From IMG/VR virus record IMGVR_UViG_3300003321_000657: a DNA stretch of 64,000 bases. One strand, 5' to 3'. Under the pieces are notes generated by a model that had not been told where the DNA came from, made no database searches, and saw nothing but the letters and a program-made list of their open reading frames with translations. Made by a program: the position numbers and the translations under genes. Each line of letters begins with the position of its first letter. Position 1 is the stretch's first letter. Source of the stretch: an uncultured virus (IMG/VR IMGVR_UViG_3300003321_000657). Lineage: Duplodnaviria > Heunggongvirae > Uroviricota > Caudoviricetes. This document shows, one piece after another, positions 1 through 10,780 of this stretch.

Positions 1-726
1 GGCAATCCGCGGCCGCGCCTCTTCCGGCTGGAAAACGGCGGTCTCTTGAATCGCATGGGTCTCAACGGCGATCCGGCCGTGGTCGTGGCCGACCGCCTGA
101 AAGAATACGGCCACGCCAAACACTACGGCGTGAACATCGCCAAGACCCACGACCCGGAGATCATCGGAGACAAGGCGATCGAAGACATTTACGAGTCCTA
201 CAAGCTACTCTCGCATCTGGGCTCGTACACGGCGATCAATATTTCCTGTCCGAACACGCGCGAAGGCAAAACGTTCGAAGAGCCCGGAGCTTTGCGCGAG
301 CTATTGACCACGTTGAAAAACTGGCGGCGGTCACAGGACGCGCCGCTGGTCGTAAAGCTGTCGCCGACGCTGGCCGACGAACCATTTGCATTCCGTAAAC
401 TGATCGCCATCTGCGAAGACTTCGACATCAAGGGTTACGTTGCCTGCAACACTTTGCCGTTCACTCACCCCAAGTTCGGCAAGGGCGGACGCTCCGGATG
501 GATGTTGCGCGATTATGTCCGACGTGTTGTGCGCGAGCTCAACCTGCATAAAGGCGCTGGTAAGACCATCATCGCCTGCGGCGGGATCGAAGATGCGGTC
601 GTGGCCGCGCAGTATAATCGCGAAGGCGCGGATCTCTATCAGGCGTATTCAGGCTTTGTCGTAGACCGTCTCGCCGGTCCGCGTTTCGCACACCGCATCA
701 ACAAGGATTTTGAAAACCTTTTGTAA
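1..726 (+). CDS. pyrD: Dihydroorotate dehydrogenase, class 2 (5' end outside the window)
   Basis: Frame is open from base 1: GNPRPRLFRL...NRMGLN, then INISCPNT, VVKLSP, IIACGGI, ADLYQAYSG, all class 2 DHODH motifs. Confidence 0.92.
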   Translation, partial: GNPRPRLFRLENGGLLNRMGLNGDPAVVVADRLKEYGHAKHYGVNIAKTHDPEIIGDKAIEDIYESYKLLSHLGSYTAINISCPNTREGKTFEEPGALRELLTTLKNWRRSQDAPLVVKLSPTLADEPFAFRKLIAICEDFDIKGYVACNTLPFTHPKFGKGGRSGWMLRDYVRRVVRELNLHKGAGKTIIACGGIEDAVVAAQYNREGADLYQAYSGFVVDRLAGPRFAHRINKDFENLL

Positions 727-740
727 AAACGGAGGAGGCC

Positions 741-863
741 GTGGGTCGAAAAACTGCGATCAATATTCACTTGAGATACTGTGATGTCTGTGGCGTCCGC
801 CGCACGTGCCGTTGGGGAGATAAGCATAGGTCCTGCTACGACTGCTGGAGGAAACGCCAATGA
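741..863 (+). CDS. Small Cys-rich (CxxC...CxxC) protein, 40 aa, not in the ORF track
   Basis: GGAGGAGG RBS, GTG start, MGRKTAINIHLRYCDVCGVRRTCRWGDKHRSCYDCWRKRQ, ATGA overlap with the next ORF. Confidence 0.6.
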   Translation: MGRKTAINIHLRYCDVCGVRRTCRWGDKHRSCYDCWRKRQ

Positions 864-1030
864 AGCCCACGAAGAAAAAAGTTATTCGAGTGGACAAGTC
901 GCCGCTCAATCCAAAGCGCAAATGCATCGAACTGGAATGCGGCCACGAAGTGTGGAGAAACCGAGCCGTGCCGGTCGGATCGATGCTGGAGTGTCACGCG
1001 TGCAAGCCAGAGCCGGAGAAAAAGTCATGA
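860..1030 (+). CDS. Small hypothetical protein, possible Zn ribbon (LECGH...CHAC)
   Basis: GGAGGA RBS, ATG at 860, ATGA overlaps at both ends. Confidence 0.6.
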   Translation: MKPTKKKVIRVDKSPLNPKRKCIELECGHEVWRNRAVPVGSMLECHACKPEPEKKS

Positions 1031-1311
1031 CCAGAGCCGAGCTGATCGCCAAGTTGTTGCCGCCACCGGGGAGCAGGCGGCTTAGAATCTCTGACGGAAA
1101 AGTCGTGTTCGAATCGGCGCGCGGCGTAGTCACGCCGCTTGAAGATATGCACCCATCGCCGTATCTGACTAGCAGATACGATGCTGAAGACAGCGCCTGT
1201 ATCGCAATCGTCGGCTGGTCGAACTTCGTCGGCGAAACACCAGAAGGTTCAAGTCCTGACCTTTGCCAACAACAAATTCGCCTGTGGCGCAGATTCATGG
1301 AGGAAAAATGA
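1027..1311 (+). CDS. Hypothetical protein
   Basis: 3' part of track ORF 781..1311; ATGA coupling at 1027 and 1308. Confidence 0.6.
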   Translation: MTRAELIAKLLPPPGSRRLRISDGKVVFESARGVVTPLEDMHPSPYLTSRYDAEDSACIAIVGWSNFVGETPEGSSPDLCQQQIRLWRRFMEEK

Positions 1312-2375
1312 GGATTGTTAACATCGTGGACCCACATTGTCATCTTCGCGGCGAGGAGTATCCGGCTGTCGACTTCCTCGGAATGGCTTTAGACGACGCC
1401 AAGGCCGTTGGTCTGGCCGGGCTGATCGAGATGCCGAATCCGAAGCCGTGGCTGACCAATTCGAAGACCTGCGCCGCACGCGCCAACGACGTCCTGCTCA
1501 AGCAGGTCAATCGGCACATGGATATCCGTCATGGCATTCACATCGGCATGACGAATGATCCGCAGCAAGTCCGCGAAGCGCTCTCGCTGATCGCGGCCGG
1601 GTTTCCGCCCGTGCGCGGCGACAAGATTTTCTACACGCAAAGTACCGGAAATATGGGCGTCCTTGACCCGGAGTACCAGAAGTGGATCTGGGGTTACAAG
1701 GCCACGAATGGCTACAAAGGTGTCTCGATCGGGCACTTCGAAGACGAGACGTGTTACGATCAGCAGAATCCGTTCGATCCGAAGAAGCCGGTGACGCACA
1801 GCCTGCATCAGTGGAGCATCGCCGAGCAGAAGTCGATCGAGACGCAGCTCAAGAACGCCACTGATGCCGGATTCCGCGGCACGTTCTATATTGCCCACCT
1901 GACGTCACCGGCCGCGCTGGAGATCGTGCGCTGGGCGCGGAAGTTCGTGCCATTCAAGATCGTGGTCGAAGTGACGTGGCATCACCTGCTGCTGAACATC
2001 TGGGACTACGAAAAGCACGGCAACCGCGTGAAGATGAATCCGCCGCTGCGCGGAGACATGTGTCAGAAGGCGCTCTGGAATAGCCTGCTGCATGACGACG
2101 CGATCGATATCATCGCAACCGACCATGCGCCGCATCCGGTCGAACTCAAAGACAGCGACAAGCCTCCGTCAGGCATCCCGGGAATTCTGTTCTGGCCGAA
2201 AGGGATCGAGCTCTTGCATAAGTTCGGCATGGACCCGGAGCGGATCGCCGAGCTGACGTTCCACAATGCCAACCGCGTCTTTAACCTGCGGCTGGAGCCG
2301 CGCGAAGTCGACGTCGAATACAATCCGGAACTGTGGACGAAGTACGGCTGGAATCCGTTTGATCGGATTAAATGA
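1308..2375 (+). CDS. pyrC: Dihydroorotase (amidohydrolase superfamily)
   Basis: DPHCHLR metal motif, EMPN, KMNPPLR, IATDHAPH, PSGIPG; GGAGG RBS before ATG 1308; lies close to pyrD. Confidence 0.92.
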   Translation: MRIVNIVDPHCHLRGEEYPAVDFLGMALDDAKAVGLAGLIEMPNPKPWLTNSKTCAARANDVLLKQVNRHMDIRHGIHIGMTNDPQQVREALSLIAAGFPPVRGDKIFYTQSTGNMGVLDPEYQKWIWGYKATNGYKGVSIGHFEDETCYDQQNPFDPKKPVTHSLHQWSIAEQKSIETQLKNATDAGFRGTFYIAHLTSPAALEIVRWARKFVPFKIVVEVTWHHLLLNIWDYEKHGNRVKMNPPLRGDMCQKALWNSLLHDDAIDIIATDHAPHPVELKDSDKPPSGIPGILFWPKGIELLHKFGMDPERIAELTFHNANRVFNLRLEPREVDVEYNPELWTKYGWNPFDRIK

Positions 2376-3517
2376 TGATCATAGCACACAAGATCGCTCT
2401 CGATCCAACCCAGAAGCAGAGGGTATACTTCGCCAAAGCTGCTGGGTGTGATCGTTTCGTCTGGAATCTAGCTCTTGAGGAATGGAATCGCGCTTACGCC
2501 GCTGGCGAGAAACCGAATGGAGCGAAGATTAGAAAGGAGTTTAACCAGCATTGGAAACACGCGTTTCCGTGGATGGAAGAGCTACACAGAGATGCTCACT
2601 CTGAGGCATTTAGAAGGATACAGATGGCCTTCAACGCGTTTTTCGCTGATCCAAAAAAGACAGGACATCCGACCTTTCATAGAAAAGGAAGAAAAGAATC
2701 TTTTTATGTAGCAAATGACAGAATTGCATTCCGTGGATTCGCAGTTCGTCTCCCGCGAATTGGAGTGGTTAAGATGCGTGAGGAGTTGAGATATCACGGG
2801 AAGATTATGGGTGCTGTCGTTTCACGCCAAGCGGATCGGTGGTTTATATCTGTGCATGTTGACGCTGGAGTTATCGCAAAGGATCGATTGTCACATCACC
2901 GGGTCGGCGTTGACGTCGGAATTAAGCATTCGATAGTCCTGTCTACCGGAGAGATCCTAGTAGGTCCAAAGCCGCTTGCGGCTTACTTAAAGAGACTGAA
3001 GCGGCGCAGCAGAAAAACCTCTCGTCGCCTACTCGGATCGCGCAGGAGAAACAAGGCGTCGAGAATTTTATCTCGCCTCTACGCCCGTATCGCAAACATT
3101 CGAAATGACTGGATTCATAAGTTGACGACAAAGCTGTGCCGCGAGAACCAAGCGGTAGCAATCGAAGATCTGCATGTTAAGGGGATGCTTAGAAATCGGA
3201 GACTTTCCAGATCCATTAGCGATATGGGCTGGGGAGAGTTTAGGCGTCAGCTTGAGTACAAGTCTAAGATCTACGGTACAAAGCTGATCATTGCCGATCG
3301 ATTCTTTCCATCATCCAGAACATGCAGCCAGTGCGGTCACGTGAAAGAAAGTCTGTCGCTCGCAGAGCGTGTCTTTCGCTGTGACCAGTGCGGCTTCAAG
3401 ATCGACAGAGATCATAACGCCGCGAGGAACTTAATAGCGTGGGGCACACGCGAATTAACGCCTGTGGACAGTACGGCTCGTAAAGCGGCTGACAGAAGCA
3501 GGAATAGCACAGGGTAA
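2372..3517 (+). mobile_element. tnpB: TnpB RNA-guided endonuclease (IS200/IS605/IS607 type), no TnpA nearby
   Basis: N-terminal AHKIALDPT...AGCDRFVWN; RuvC residues GVDVG, IEDL, DRDHNAA; Zn ribbon CSQC...CDQC. Confidence 0.93.
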
Positions 3518-3550
3518 GCTAGTGCCAGTCCGTTTTCGAGGGTGGGAAAA
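3420..3550 (+). ncRNA. Putative TnpB omegaRNA (boundaries approximate)
   Basis: TnpB guide RNAs derive from the gene 3' end and right end; a short GCAC...GTGC stem follows GAAGCAGGAA. Ends not determined. Confidence 0.45.
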
Positions 3551-3597
3551 ATGATTTTTCTCCAGACTTGACATAAGCCACTGAAGGAGAAGTGAAG

Positions 3598-4756
3598 ATG
3601 GCCGTAAGCTTTAGCTGCAACTGCGCCGAGCGCAAGAAACCAGTGACGGAGCGCAACTGGATCGTGGTCAACCGCGAGTGCAACTACTCCGCGTTCAGCG
3701 GCTACAGATGGACTCCATCGAGGTACTCGTTGGTTCATTGCCGCGAGTGCCGCGCTCTCGGCCGCACGAAAGCAAAGTACGTGGATCAGCTCAAGGATGG
3801 AAATCCATGAAATGCTCTGTCTTTGTCTCTGGCGGTCCGTGTGGCTATCACGCCGTGGCTGAACTGGACGGAACGTATCTTTGCAAAGCTCACAAGGCCG
3901 CGGCAGTGTTCGAGATTCTGAAACAGCGCGCGAAATGCAATCGCTCGCTCAAACAGCTAAGGCAGCCGGTCAAGGAGAAAAAATGAACAAAGAGAAGCTC
4001 TTACTTTCGATTCTTGAGGAGGCGAGAAAACTTCTCGACAATCTCGAAGAGCAGCAGGATTTCGATCAGATGGGCCTACCAGAAACTCCGTACCTCACGC
4101 TTGAGGAAGGCGAAGACCAGCCACTCCGCGATGCGATTGCCGCGTACGACGAACTAAATAAGACACGTCCGCCGCGCATGATCAAATGCGGCAAGTGTGG
4201 CGTAGATTTTAACGATTTGATGGACTGTGGTTCGCAGACCGGCAGCGATCCGGCCGACTGTCTGTGTTCGAAGTGCGCGCCGCCGCTCATGCGGCCGGGA
4301 CTGTCCATGCACGAAAATCCGGAGGTGGATTACTGATGCTGACCGAAACTCAGTACCGAGAGCGGGAGCGGCGTGCTTCTGAACGCTGGCGCTGGCTCTG
4401 GTCCACAGAGCGTCGCATCATAGGCGACTTGGGAAAGCCATTCCATCGGCCGGAGTGCGCATGCGATCAGTGCGAGCATTGGCGGACCCAGCACCATATG
4501 CCGACGATGAAAGAGCTTGAGGAGGCGGTGAAAAGTGACTGATCAAGAGCGGATCTCGGAACTTGAGAAAAAGCTGGCGGCTGTGTACACGGCCGCGCTG
4601 TCCGTCGCCAAGCGCCGCTACCGCACCACCGGCATGCCGGACGAATCCGGAATCGGAGAGCACAAGGCTTTAGGTCCGTGCTGGTGCGAATGCATTGGAC
4701 CAGACTGCATCGGTCAAATCCAGTGTTCTGCCGTTCGTCAGGCGCTGGGGGTCTGA
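3598..4756 (+). CDS. Five small coupled Cys-rich hypothetical genes (3598-3810, 3807-3986, 3983-4336, 4336-4542, 4535-4756)
   Basis: Chained start/stop overlaps; AAGGAG RBS before the first gene. Confidence 0.65.
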
Positions 4757-5097
4757 TGCCGAACACACACGCCCGACGACAATGGAAAACCAAGCAGTGG
4801 CTCGAAGATCCAACGTGCCGCTACTGCCGGAAGCCATTGCTCGATCCGCGTGTCACATTTCACGGCCATAGTAAGCCGCCGCATAATTCGTGTACGATCG
4901 ATCACGTGGTCCCACGCGGCGCCGGAGGTAAGGGCCGAAGCAACTGGAAACTGTCCTGCGTCTCATGCAATCGGAGAAAAAACAAACATGTCGATAACCC
5001 CCTCGTCCTCAGAAAACGAAAAGAGTCTAACGACACTCGATACGCTGAAGAAGCTGGCTCTGGCCGCGACTCCGGGTCCGTGGAAGTGGACGTTTGA
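4756..5097 (+). CDS. HNH endonuclease
   Basis: CRYC...TIDHVVPRGAGG...NWKLSCVSCNRRK. Confidence 0.85.
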   Translation: MPNTHARRQWKTKQWLEDPTCRYCRKPLLDPRVTFHGHSKPPHNSCTIDHVVPRGAGGKGRSNWKLSCVSCNRRKNKHVDNPLVLRKRKESNDTRYAEEAGSGRDSGSVEVDV

Positions 5098-5590
5098 AGA
5101 TTCGTCATTGATGGCGCTCTATGGTCCGCGCGAACTGGAAGACCATGTCCTGTGGTCTCAGATCTGTAAGTCGTGCGCTAAACGCGGTGCGCGCTGCACA
5201 GCTCCATCGGACGCAGACGCGGCCTTTATCGAGGCCGTGAATCCAAAGGCGATACTGGATCTGATCGAGAAGCATAAGCGCCTCAAGGAGGCGTGCGACA
5301 TCTTCGAAAAGAACTCGGCCGACGCCGTCGAGCTCGACGAGAAAAATCGCAGGCTGAATAAGATCATCGCCACGTTTGTCGCCGCGTTCGAGAAAGCTTC
5401 TGAAGAGCGCTATAGTTTCAATGAAGAACGCCAAGCTGAGGCGCGAAAGTGGAAAGATCAGAACGATATGTACGGCTGGAACTTTCATCAGGGCATGGCC
5501 AGCGGCGCGACGTGGGTCGACCTCATCTATGCCAAGGCGTTCCGGGAGCTCAAAGAAGCACTCGAAAAGGAAATGATTCAGAAAAAGTGA
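4988..5590 (+). CDS. Ead/Ea22-like phage protein
   Basis: LKKLALAATPGPW and DAAFIEAVNPKAILDLIE motifs. Confidence 0.7.
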   Translation: MSITPSSSENEKSLTTLDTLKKLALAATPGPWKWTFEDSSLMALYGPRELEDHVLWSQICKSCAKRGARCTAPSDADAAFIEAVNPKAILDLIEKHKRLKEACDIFEKNSADAVELDEKNRRLNKIIATFVAAFEKASEERYSFNEERQAEARKWKDQNDMYGWNFHQGMASGATWVDLIYAKAFRELKEALEKEMIQKK

Positions 5591-5608
5591 AAATACTCTG
5601 GATTGTGA

Positions 5609-5636
5609 TTGACACGCCGAAAGCTGAGTATATAAG
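5609..5636 (+). promoter_or_regulatory. Sigma70-like promoter
   Basis: TTGACA 5609-5614, 16 nt spacer, TATAAG; contains GAGTATATA, shared with the promoters at 18309 and 39257. Confidence 0.55.
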
Positions 5637-5649
5637 GCTGCGATCGGAG

Positions 5650-6153
5650 ATGAAAGAAATGGACCGTACGGTTCTGTTCGACCAAGCACCACAGACTGAG
5701 CGCGAGCGCGGCCTCGCCACCGCCAAAGAGCCGCTGGGAAAACGCGGCGTATCTGTCGACGACGTCTACGAATTCATCGAATTCCGCTACGGCGTGAATC
5801 AACTGTTCACCGGCACGAAAGTCATGTGTAGCATCGCCGGGACCATCTACACGTCTGAGCTTGCCAAGGCGATCGAGAGCAAGCTCAAGGTCCTCAAGCC
5901 CGGCTGGGTGTTGTTTCAGCAGGCTCCGTCCGCAGAGCGAGACCGGGAGCTAGCGACGGAGCATAGAGAGCTTGGTATCCGCGGCCTCTTCTACGACGAC
6001 ATCAAAGACTTTCGTGAAGAGCGCTACGGCGTGGCCAAGAAGCTGATTTGCACGAAGCTGACCTGCGTGCGCGCTGGTGAAGTGTTCGTCGACGAAAATT
6101 CGGAAGATGTCGCCGAGAGAATCGCGGCCGTCCGCAAAGGAGTCGGAGCATGA
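5650..6153 (+). CDS. Hypothetical protein with two internal repeats
   Basis: VLFDQAPQTERERGLAT...RYGV and VLFQQAPSAERDRELAT...RYGV. Confidence 0.75.
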   Translation: MKEMDRTVLFDQAPQTERERGLATAKEPLGKRGVSVDDVYEFIEFRYGVNQLFTGTKVMCSIAGTIYTSELAKAIESKLKVLKPGWVLFQQAPSAERDRELATEHRELGIRGLFYDDIKDFREERYGVAKKLICTKLTCVRAGEVFVDENSEDVAERIAAVRKGVGA

Positions 6154-6710
6154 TGATTGTTGTCGACATGTACTTGGCGCGCACCGATCTCTTCCGCCGC
6201 CCGGACGAAAGCTGCGCCGAGCACACTGCACGCATGACCAAGCTCATGGACCAGCAGTGGAAAGAGTTCGATATCCGTGGCGAGGACGGAACGATCCGCA
6301 ATCCGGAAGAGCTCGGCAAGGATTTTCAGGAAGTCCGTTTCGAGTACCCGGAGTGGCTGATCCAGATGTTCAAGGACCTGCATCCGCGCCGCTTCTGGCA
6401 TCCGATCTTGGAGTTTCTGCGCCTCAAGCGCAAGATCCAGTGGGAAGTGTACGACGTCGACAACCGCACGTGGAAAATTTTCTTCCGCAACAAGGCCGAG
6501 GCCGAGAAGGCTGTCGGCTCGCGCGCGGCCGGGCTGCCGGACATCGACGGCATATTTCAAAAACGTTTCAATAAAGCGATCGCCTCCGACCCAGCCAAGG
6601 CCAAGTGGGCGGAGAGTCACCGTGTCCAGATCGGCGTTCTGACCGAGATCAACTCTGACGTTCTCGAAAACGATCAAGACTTGCTCGACCATCATCGAGC
6701 GACAGCATAA
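6150..6710 (+). CDS. Hypothetical protein
   Basis: 186-aa ORF with ATGA coupling. Confidence 0.7.
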   Translation: MMIVVDMYLARTDLFRRPDESCAEHTARMTKLMDQQWKEFDIRGEDGTIRNPEELGKDFQEVRFEYPEWLIQMFKDLHPRRFWHPILEFLRLKRKIQWEVYDVDNRTWKIFFRNKAEAEKAVGSRAAGLPDIDGIFQKRFNKAIASDPAKAKWAESHRVQIGVLTEINSDVLENDQDLLDHHRATA

Positions 6711-6711
6711 A

Positions 6712-6854
6712 TCTGCGATGTAAAGCGTGGGCGCTCGGGGTTAACCCGCGCTGAGTTTACCATCGCTCCAAGTGGACGCATGCGGAGCGATGACGCGACC
6801 GCTCAATCAAGGCGAGGACACCCCTCACCAGCCGAAACGCGGCCGTATCGCAGA
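6712..6854 (+). ncRNA. Candidate structured intergenic RNA
   Basis: Closing helix TCTGCGATG 6712-20 / TATCGCAGA 6846-54; inner helix CATCGCTCC 6761-69 / GGAGCGATG 6784-92. Confidence 0.45.
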
Positions 6855-6874
6855 CCAACTATCTGGAGGGAACT

Positions 6875-8616
6875 ATGGCGTTCGTTCTGGCCGGACAGCG
6901 CGACAATCCTCCTGTGACACGCAAGCCGAAGGAGCGCGGGTTTCATTGGGCATATGAGTGCGGCGACAGATTTAGCGAAGGCCGCTGGATGATCGTATTC
7001 GTCTTCGAAGGGCTCAAAGAGTGCAAAGATCTCGGCTTTGGGTGTGCGCTCAAGAAACCGTCTGGTCAGGTTCAACCGGTCAAACACTACATGGCGTTCA
7101 TCAAGCTCAATCAGCCAGAAGAGCTGCCGATTACGACAAGGAAGAAACATGAATGATACGCTGACTGCCAAACCGAAGGTCATGCCCGGCTTTCACGCAT
7201 TCGTGATCCGCGAAAAGCGGAAACGGATTCAGTGTCCGTGCTGTTACGATAGCAAGGCTATCGAACACAGCTATCAGTTTTTGGATCGGCTGGTGCTGCG
7301 CGTGCGCGCGGTTCACGGCATGGAAGTAAAACCGGTCTGCTACTACGAATTCCACAAGCTGGACGGGACGTACCATGAAGACGACGTGTACCCGACCCGG
7401 GAAAGCGCCAAGCTGGCGATCAAGCTTCTGCGCGCCTCCGATCAGAAGCAACTCAAGACCGATCGCAAGAGGTGGGCGCAGCGCAAGAAACTCAAGCGGA
7501 ACGTTTGGTGAGCGCATGGAACCATTGGTCATCACCGATCCAGAGAAGCGTCAGATCGTCGCCACGATCTTGAAGAAGATGTGGAATGGTGGTCACTTCA
7601 GTATCTGCGAAGTCGATCGCTGCCTGTCGATCCTTAACGTGGCGCGGCCGTTCTGCTATCAAGAGTGGCATCGCATGCACTGCGTCGGCTGGAACGACAT
7701 GCCGAAGGGATTACCGGAACGGCTGATGGCGTCCGTCTTGCAGGAGCTCAGCGGGTCGGCGATGGACGCGATGATCGACAAGGCGCTGGGCGGTGAAAAC
7801 ACGCAGTTGAAAGGCGCAGCGCTACTTTTGGAGAGCATGCAGAAGTGAGCTACATACCAGAATCGCAGGAAATCAAGAAGCCGATCAAAGAAACGCTCGA
7901 ATGTCTAGAGCGATTGGCTGATGCTATCGATTTCCGCCTCGAAGATCAGGAACGCTGGAGTAGTTCGCACCTGTTTGAACTGAAAGAGTTCCGCAAGGAA
8001 CTGGTCGATTGGCAGTTCAAACTGCGGGAGTTAGACAAATGAGCGACACCAAGTACGTCAAATATTTCGAGCCGGGCACGAAGGGGATTCTCTTTGACGA
8101 CGGTAAATGGCTCATCTGGGAAACGAACATGGGTGGTCATCCGCTCCATGGTTTGGTACTGATGAAACACCAGAGCCCGAAGCGTATGCCGGTCATGTTT
8201 GTATTCTTTACGCGCGACAAGGGCTGGCTGGATATCGCGATCCAGTCGAAAGACGTCTGCGATCCGCGCGTGTGGAAAGTGATCGATAAGACGATCGGTT
8301 ACACGGCCGATACTACCATTCAAGTTGAGACAATGGGAGGCGAGAAGTTTAGCGGCGACATGCCAAAGTACTTCCGCCGCTGCGGCAAAGACTTCGAATC
8401 CAATCCGCGGAGAAAGCGGAAGTGAAACACTGGCCGTGGCTGCTGCTCGCCGTATCGCTGGTGCTGATTGTGTACGGCTCCAGCTTGGAACATAAACGGC
8501 ACTGGCGTCCGTTTCTGGATCAGATTGGGACGGGAATGAACGGATACGACGTCATTGGATCGATCACCTGCGGAATAGCGGTCGCAACCTTGTGGCAAAG
8601 AAGGCGCGGACGATGA
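6875..8616 (+). CDS. Six small hypothetical genes (6875-7156, 7149-7511, 7516-7848, 7845-8042, 8039-8425, 8422-8616); the last has two hydrophobic segments
   Basis: RBS and coupled overlaps; ORF track. Confidence 0.65.
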
Positions 8617-10373
8617 GCAAATTCGATATCGGCTATAAGAGTGACGGAAAGAAATTCGCTCTGCCGCCTGAAGCGGTGACCGAGACCTTTGCGATTCTCG
8701 GCAAACGCGGATCGGGCAAGACGTCGACTGGCGTCGTCATCACGGAAGAGCTCATCGAAGCGCACCTGCCGGTCTGTATTCTTGATCCGCTCGATTCATG
8801 GTTTGGTCTCAGATCAATGTTCGACGGCAAGCGCGAAGGGCTGCCGGTGGTCGTGATTGGAGGCGAGCATGGAGACGTGCCAGTTGCCAGTGGCGATGGA
8901 GCTACGATTGCGGACTTCGTCGTCGATCACGTCGTCAACACAGTTATCTCCCTGCGTCACCTCAGCAATTCCGAGCAGCGCTCTTTCGTCACGGCATTCG
9001 CCGAGCGCCTTTACGATCGTAAGGGCGAGGGTAAGCATCGAACGCCGCTGCATCTCGTGATAGACGAAGCCGATGAGTACTGCCCGCAGCGGTTATTTCA
9101 AGGCGTCGAGCGTTGCTTCGGCGCGATCGATCGCATTGTCCGCCGCGGCCGCAGCAGCGGTCTTGGCGTCACCTTGATTTCCCAGCGCTCGGCCGCTATC
9201 AATAAAGACGTTCTCAGTCAGGCAGAGGTCCTCGTCGCTCACCGCACGATCTCGCCACAGGACCGCAAAGCTATCGAAGCGTGGATTGAAGCCCATGACG
9301 CCCATGACAAACACGACGAATTCATGTCATCGCTGGCCAGTCTCGAAATTGGGGAAGCGTGGTTCTGGTCTCCGGGTTGGCTCGATATCTTCGAGCGAGT
9401 CAAGGTGCGGCGGCGGCATACGTTTGATTCCAGTGCGACGCCTAAAGCTGGGTCCAAGCCAGCCGAGCCGGTTAAGCTCGCTGCCGTCGATATCGAGGCG
9501 CTAAAATCCAAACTCGCCAAGACGATCGAAGCGCGCAAAGCGGACGATCCGCGCGAGCTTAAGAAGAAGATCGCGGACTTGGAGTGCCAGCTCAAGAACG
9601 GCAGCGGCATGCCTTCATCAGATGCGCTGGCGGCTGCCGAATCGCGCGGCTACGAACGCTCCCGTAAAGTAATCGACGCGCTCAAGCGACACCTTGCGGT
9701 TATTTACAAAACGATTCCAAAAATCGATCGCGAGCTGGACATCATCCGGCGCGAGTGCGACGACATGACTGTGGCTGGCGAAGTAAAACTTGATCAGGAG
9801 ATGGGCCGCGTTCATCGCAATGCGCCGACAAAGCCAGTAATGATGCCGCAAACGTCAGTTCGGCGCGCAATGGGCGGGTATCCAATTGGAGATACGCAGA
9901 AAATCGAAAGTGGAATTGGACTTGGCAAGTGCGAACGCGCCATCTTAGCAGTACTGGCGCAGTATCCGGACGGCCGCAGCCAGAGCCAGATCGCCATCAT
10001 CGCCGGGTATGCACAGTCAGGAGGCTTCCGCAACTCGATCTACAGCCTGCGCAGCGCCGGTCTCATCTCCGGCACGCAAGAGCGGTTGAAGATCACTCCC
10101 GCAGGCGTTGAAGCGGCCGGTGGCTATGATCCGATGCCGACCGGCCACGAACTCTTCCAGCGCTGGATGACGCACAAGGCTCTGGGCAAATGCGAGCGCC
10201 AGATCTTGGAGTGCGTGGTCAAGGCTGATGCGCCCATGTCTATGGAGCAGATTGCGCAGCAGGCTGGATACAACATGTCAGGAGGATTCCGCAATTCGAT
10301 CTATAAGCTGCGCTCACTCGAACTGATCAGCGGGAAAGGCGATGCGATCCTCGTGTCGGAGGAGCTGCGGTGA
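8613..10373 (+). CDS. HerA/FtsK-superfamily P-loop ATPase with two C-terminal winged-HTH-like repeats
   Basis: Walker A GKRGSGKT, Walker B LVIDEAD, RRGRSSG, LISQR; LGKCER...SGGFRNSIY.LRS occurs twice. Confidence 0.85.
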   Translation: MSKFDIGYKSDGKKFALPPEAVTETFAILGKRGSGKTSTGVVITEELIEAHLPVCILDPLDSWFGLRSMFDGKREGLPVVVIGGEHGDVPVASGDGATIADFVVDHVVNTVISLRHLSNSEQRSFVTAFAERLYDRKGEGKHRTPLHLVIDEADEYCPQRLFQGVERCFGAIDRIVRRGRSSGLGVTLISQRSAAINKDVLSQAEVLVAHRTISPQDRKAIEAWIEAHDAHDKHDEFMSSLASLEIGEAWFWSPGWLDIFERVKVRRRHTFDSSATPKAGSKPAEPVKLAAVDIEALKSKLAKTIEARKADDPRELKKKIADLECQLKNGSGMPSSDALAAAESRGYERSRKVIDALKRHLAVIYKTIPKIDRELDIIRRECDDMTVAGEVKLDQEMGRVHRNAPTKPVMMPQTSVRRAMGGYPIGDTQKIESGIGLGKCERAILAVLAQYPDGRSQSQIAIIAGYAQSGGFRNSIYSLRSAGLISGTQERLKITPAGVEAAGGYDPMPTGHELFQRWMTHKALGKCERQILECVVKADAPMSMEQIAQQAGYNMSGGFRNSIYKLRSLELISGKGDAILVSEELR

Positions 10374-10780
10374 GAGACGGCTACGTTTGGAGAAAACCGT
10401 GGCGGCTGAAGGCGCCAGCGCGCGATTCGTTCGAAGGGCCGACGAAAGCGATCTGCATGCGCGTGGCCGTCGAGCTCACGAAGGCCACGCCGGAGAAGCT
10501 GCTCAAGCAAGGCTACCGGTATGAGCGTGTCACGGTCGGCATTTCGCGCCGGGACTACAGCTCGAAGAGTTACCGGGCCGGAAATTTTCAATACGGCAAA
10601 AAGTACTGGGACGGCACGATACGCAATTACGAAAAGTTCATCGCTCAGCTACGTGAGGCAGTTGAGCGCGAGCTTCCTCGCTACGTGAAAGGCAAGAAGC
10701 TGCGTGGGCCGAGCGGATCGGAACATACCTGCGTTTCGCCAAAGGACCGGCAGTTGAAACTGATTGCGAAAGGCGGGTGA
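10370..10780 (+). CDS. Basic hypothetical protein
   Basis: GTGA coupling to the ATPase gene. Confidence 0.6.
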   Translation: MRDGYVWRKPWRLKAPARDSFEGPTKAICMRVAVELTKATPEKLLKQGYRYERVTVGISRRDYSSKSYRAGNFQYGKKYWDGTIRNYEKFIAQLREAVERELPRYVKGKKLRGPSGSEHTCVSPKDRQLKLIAKGG

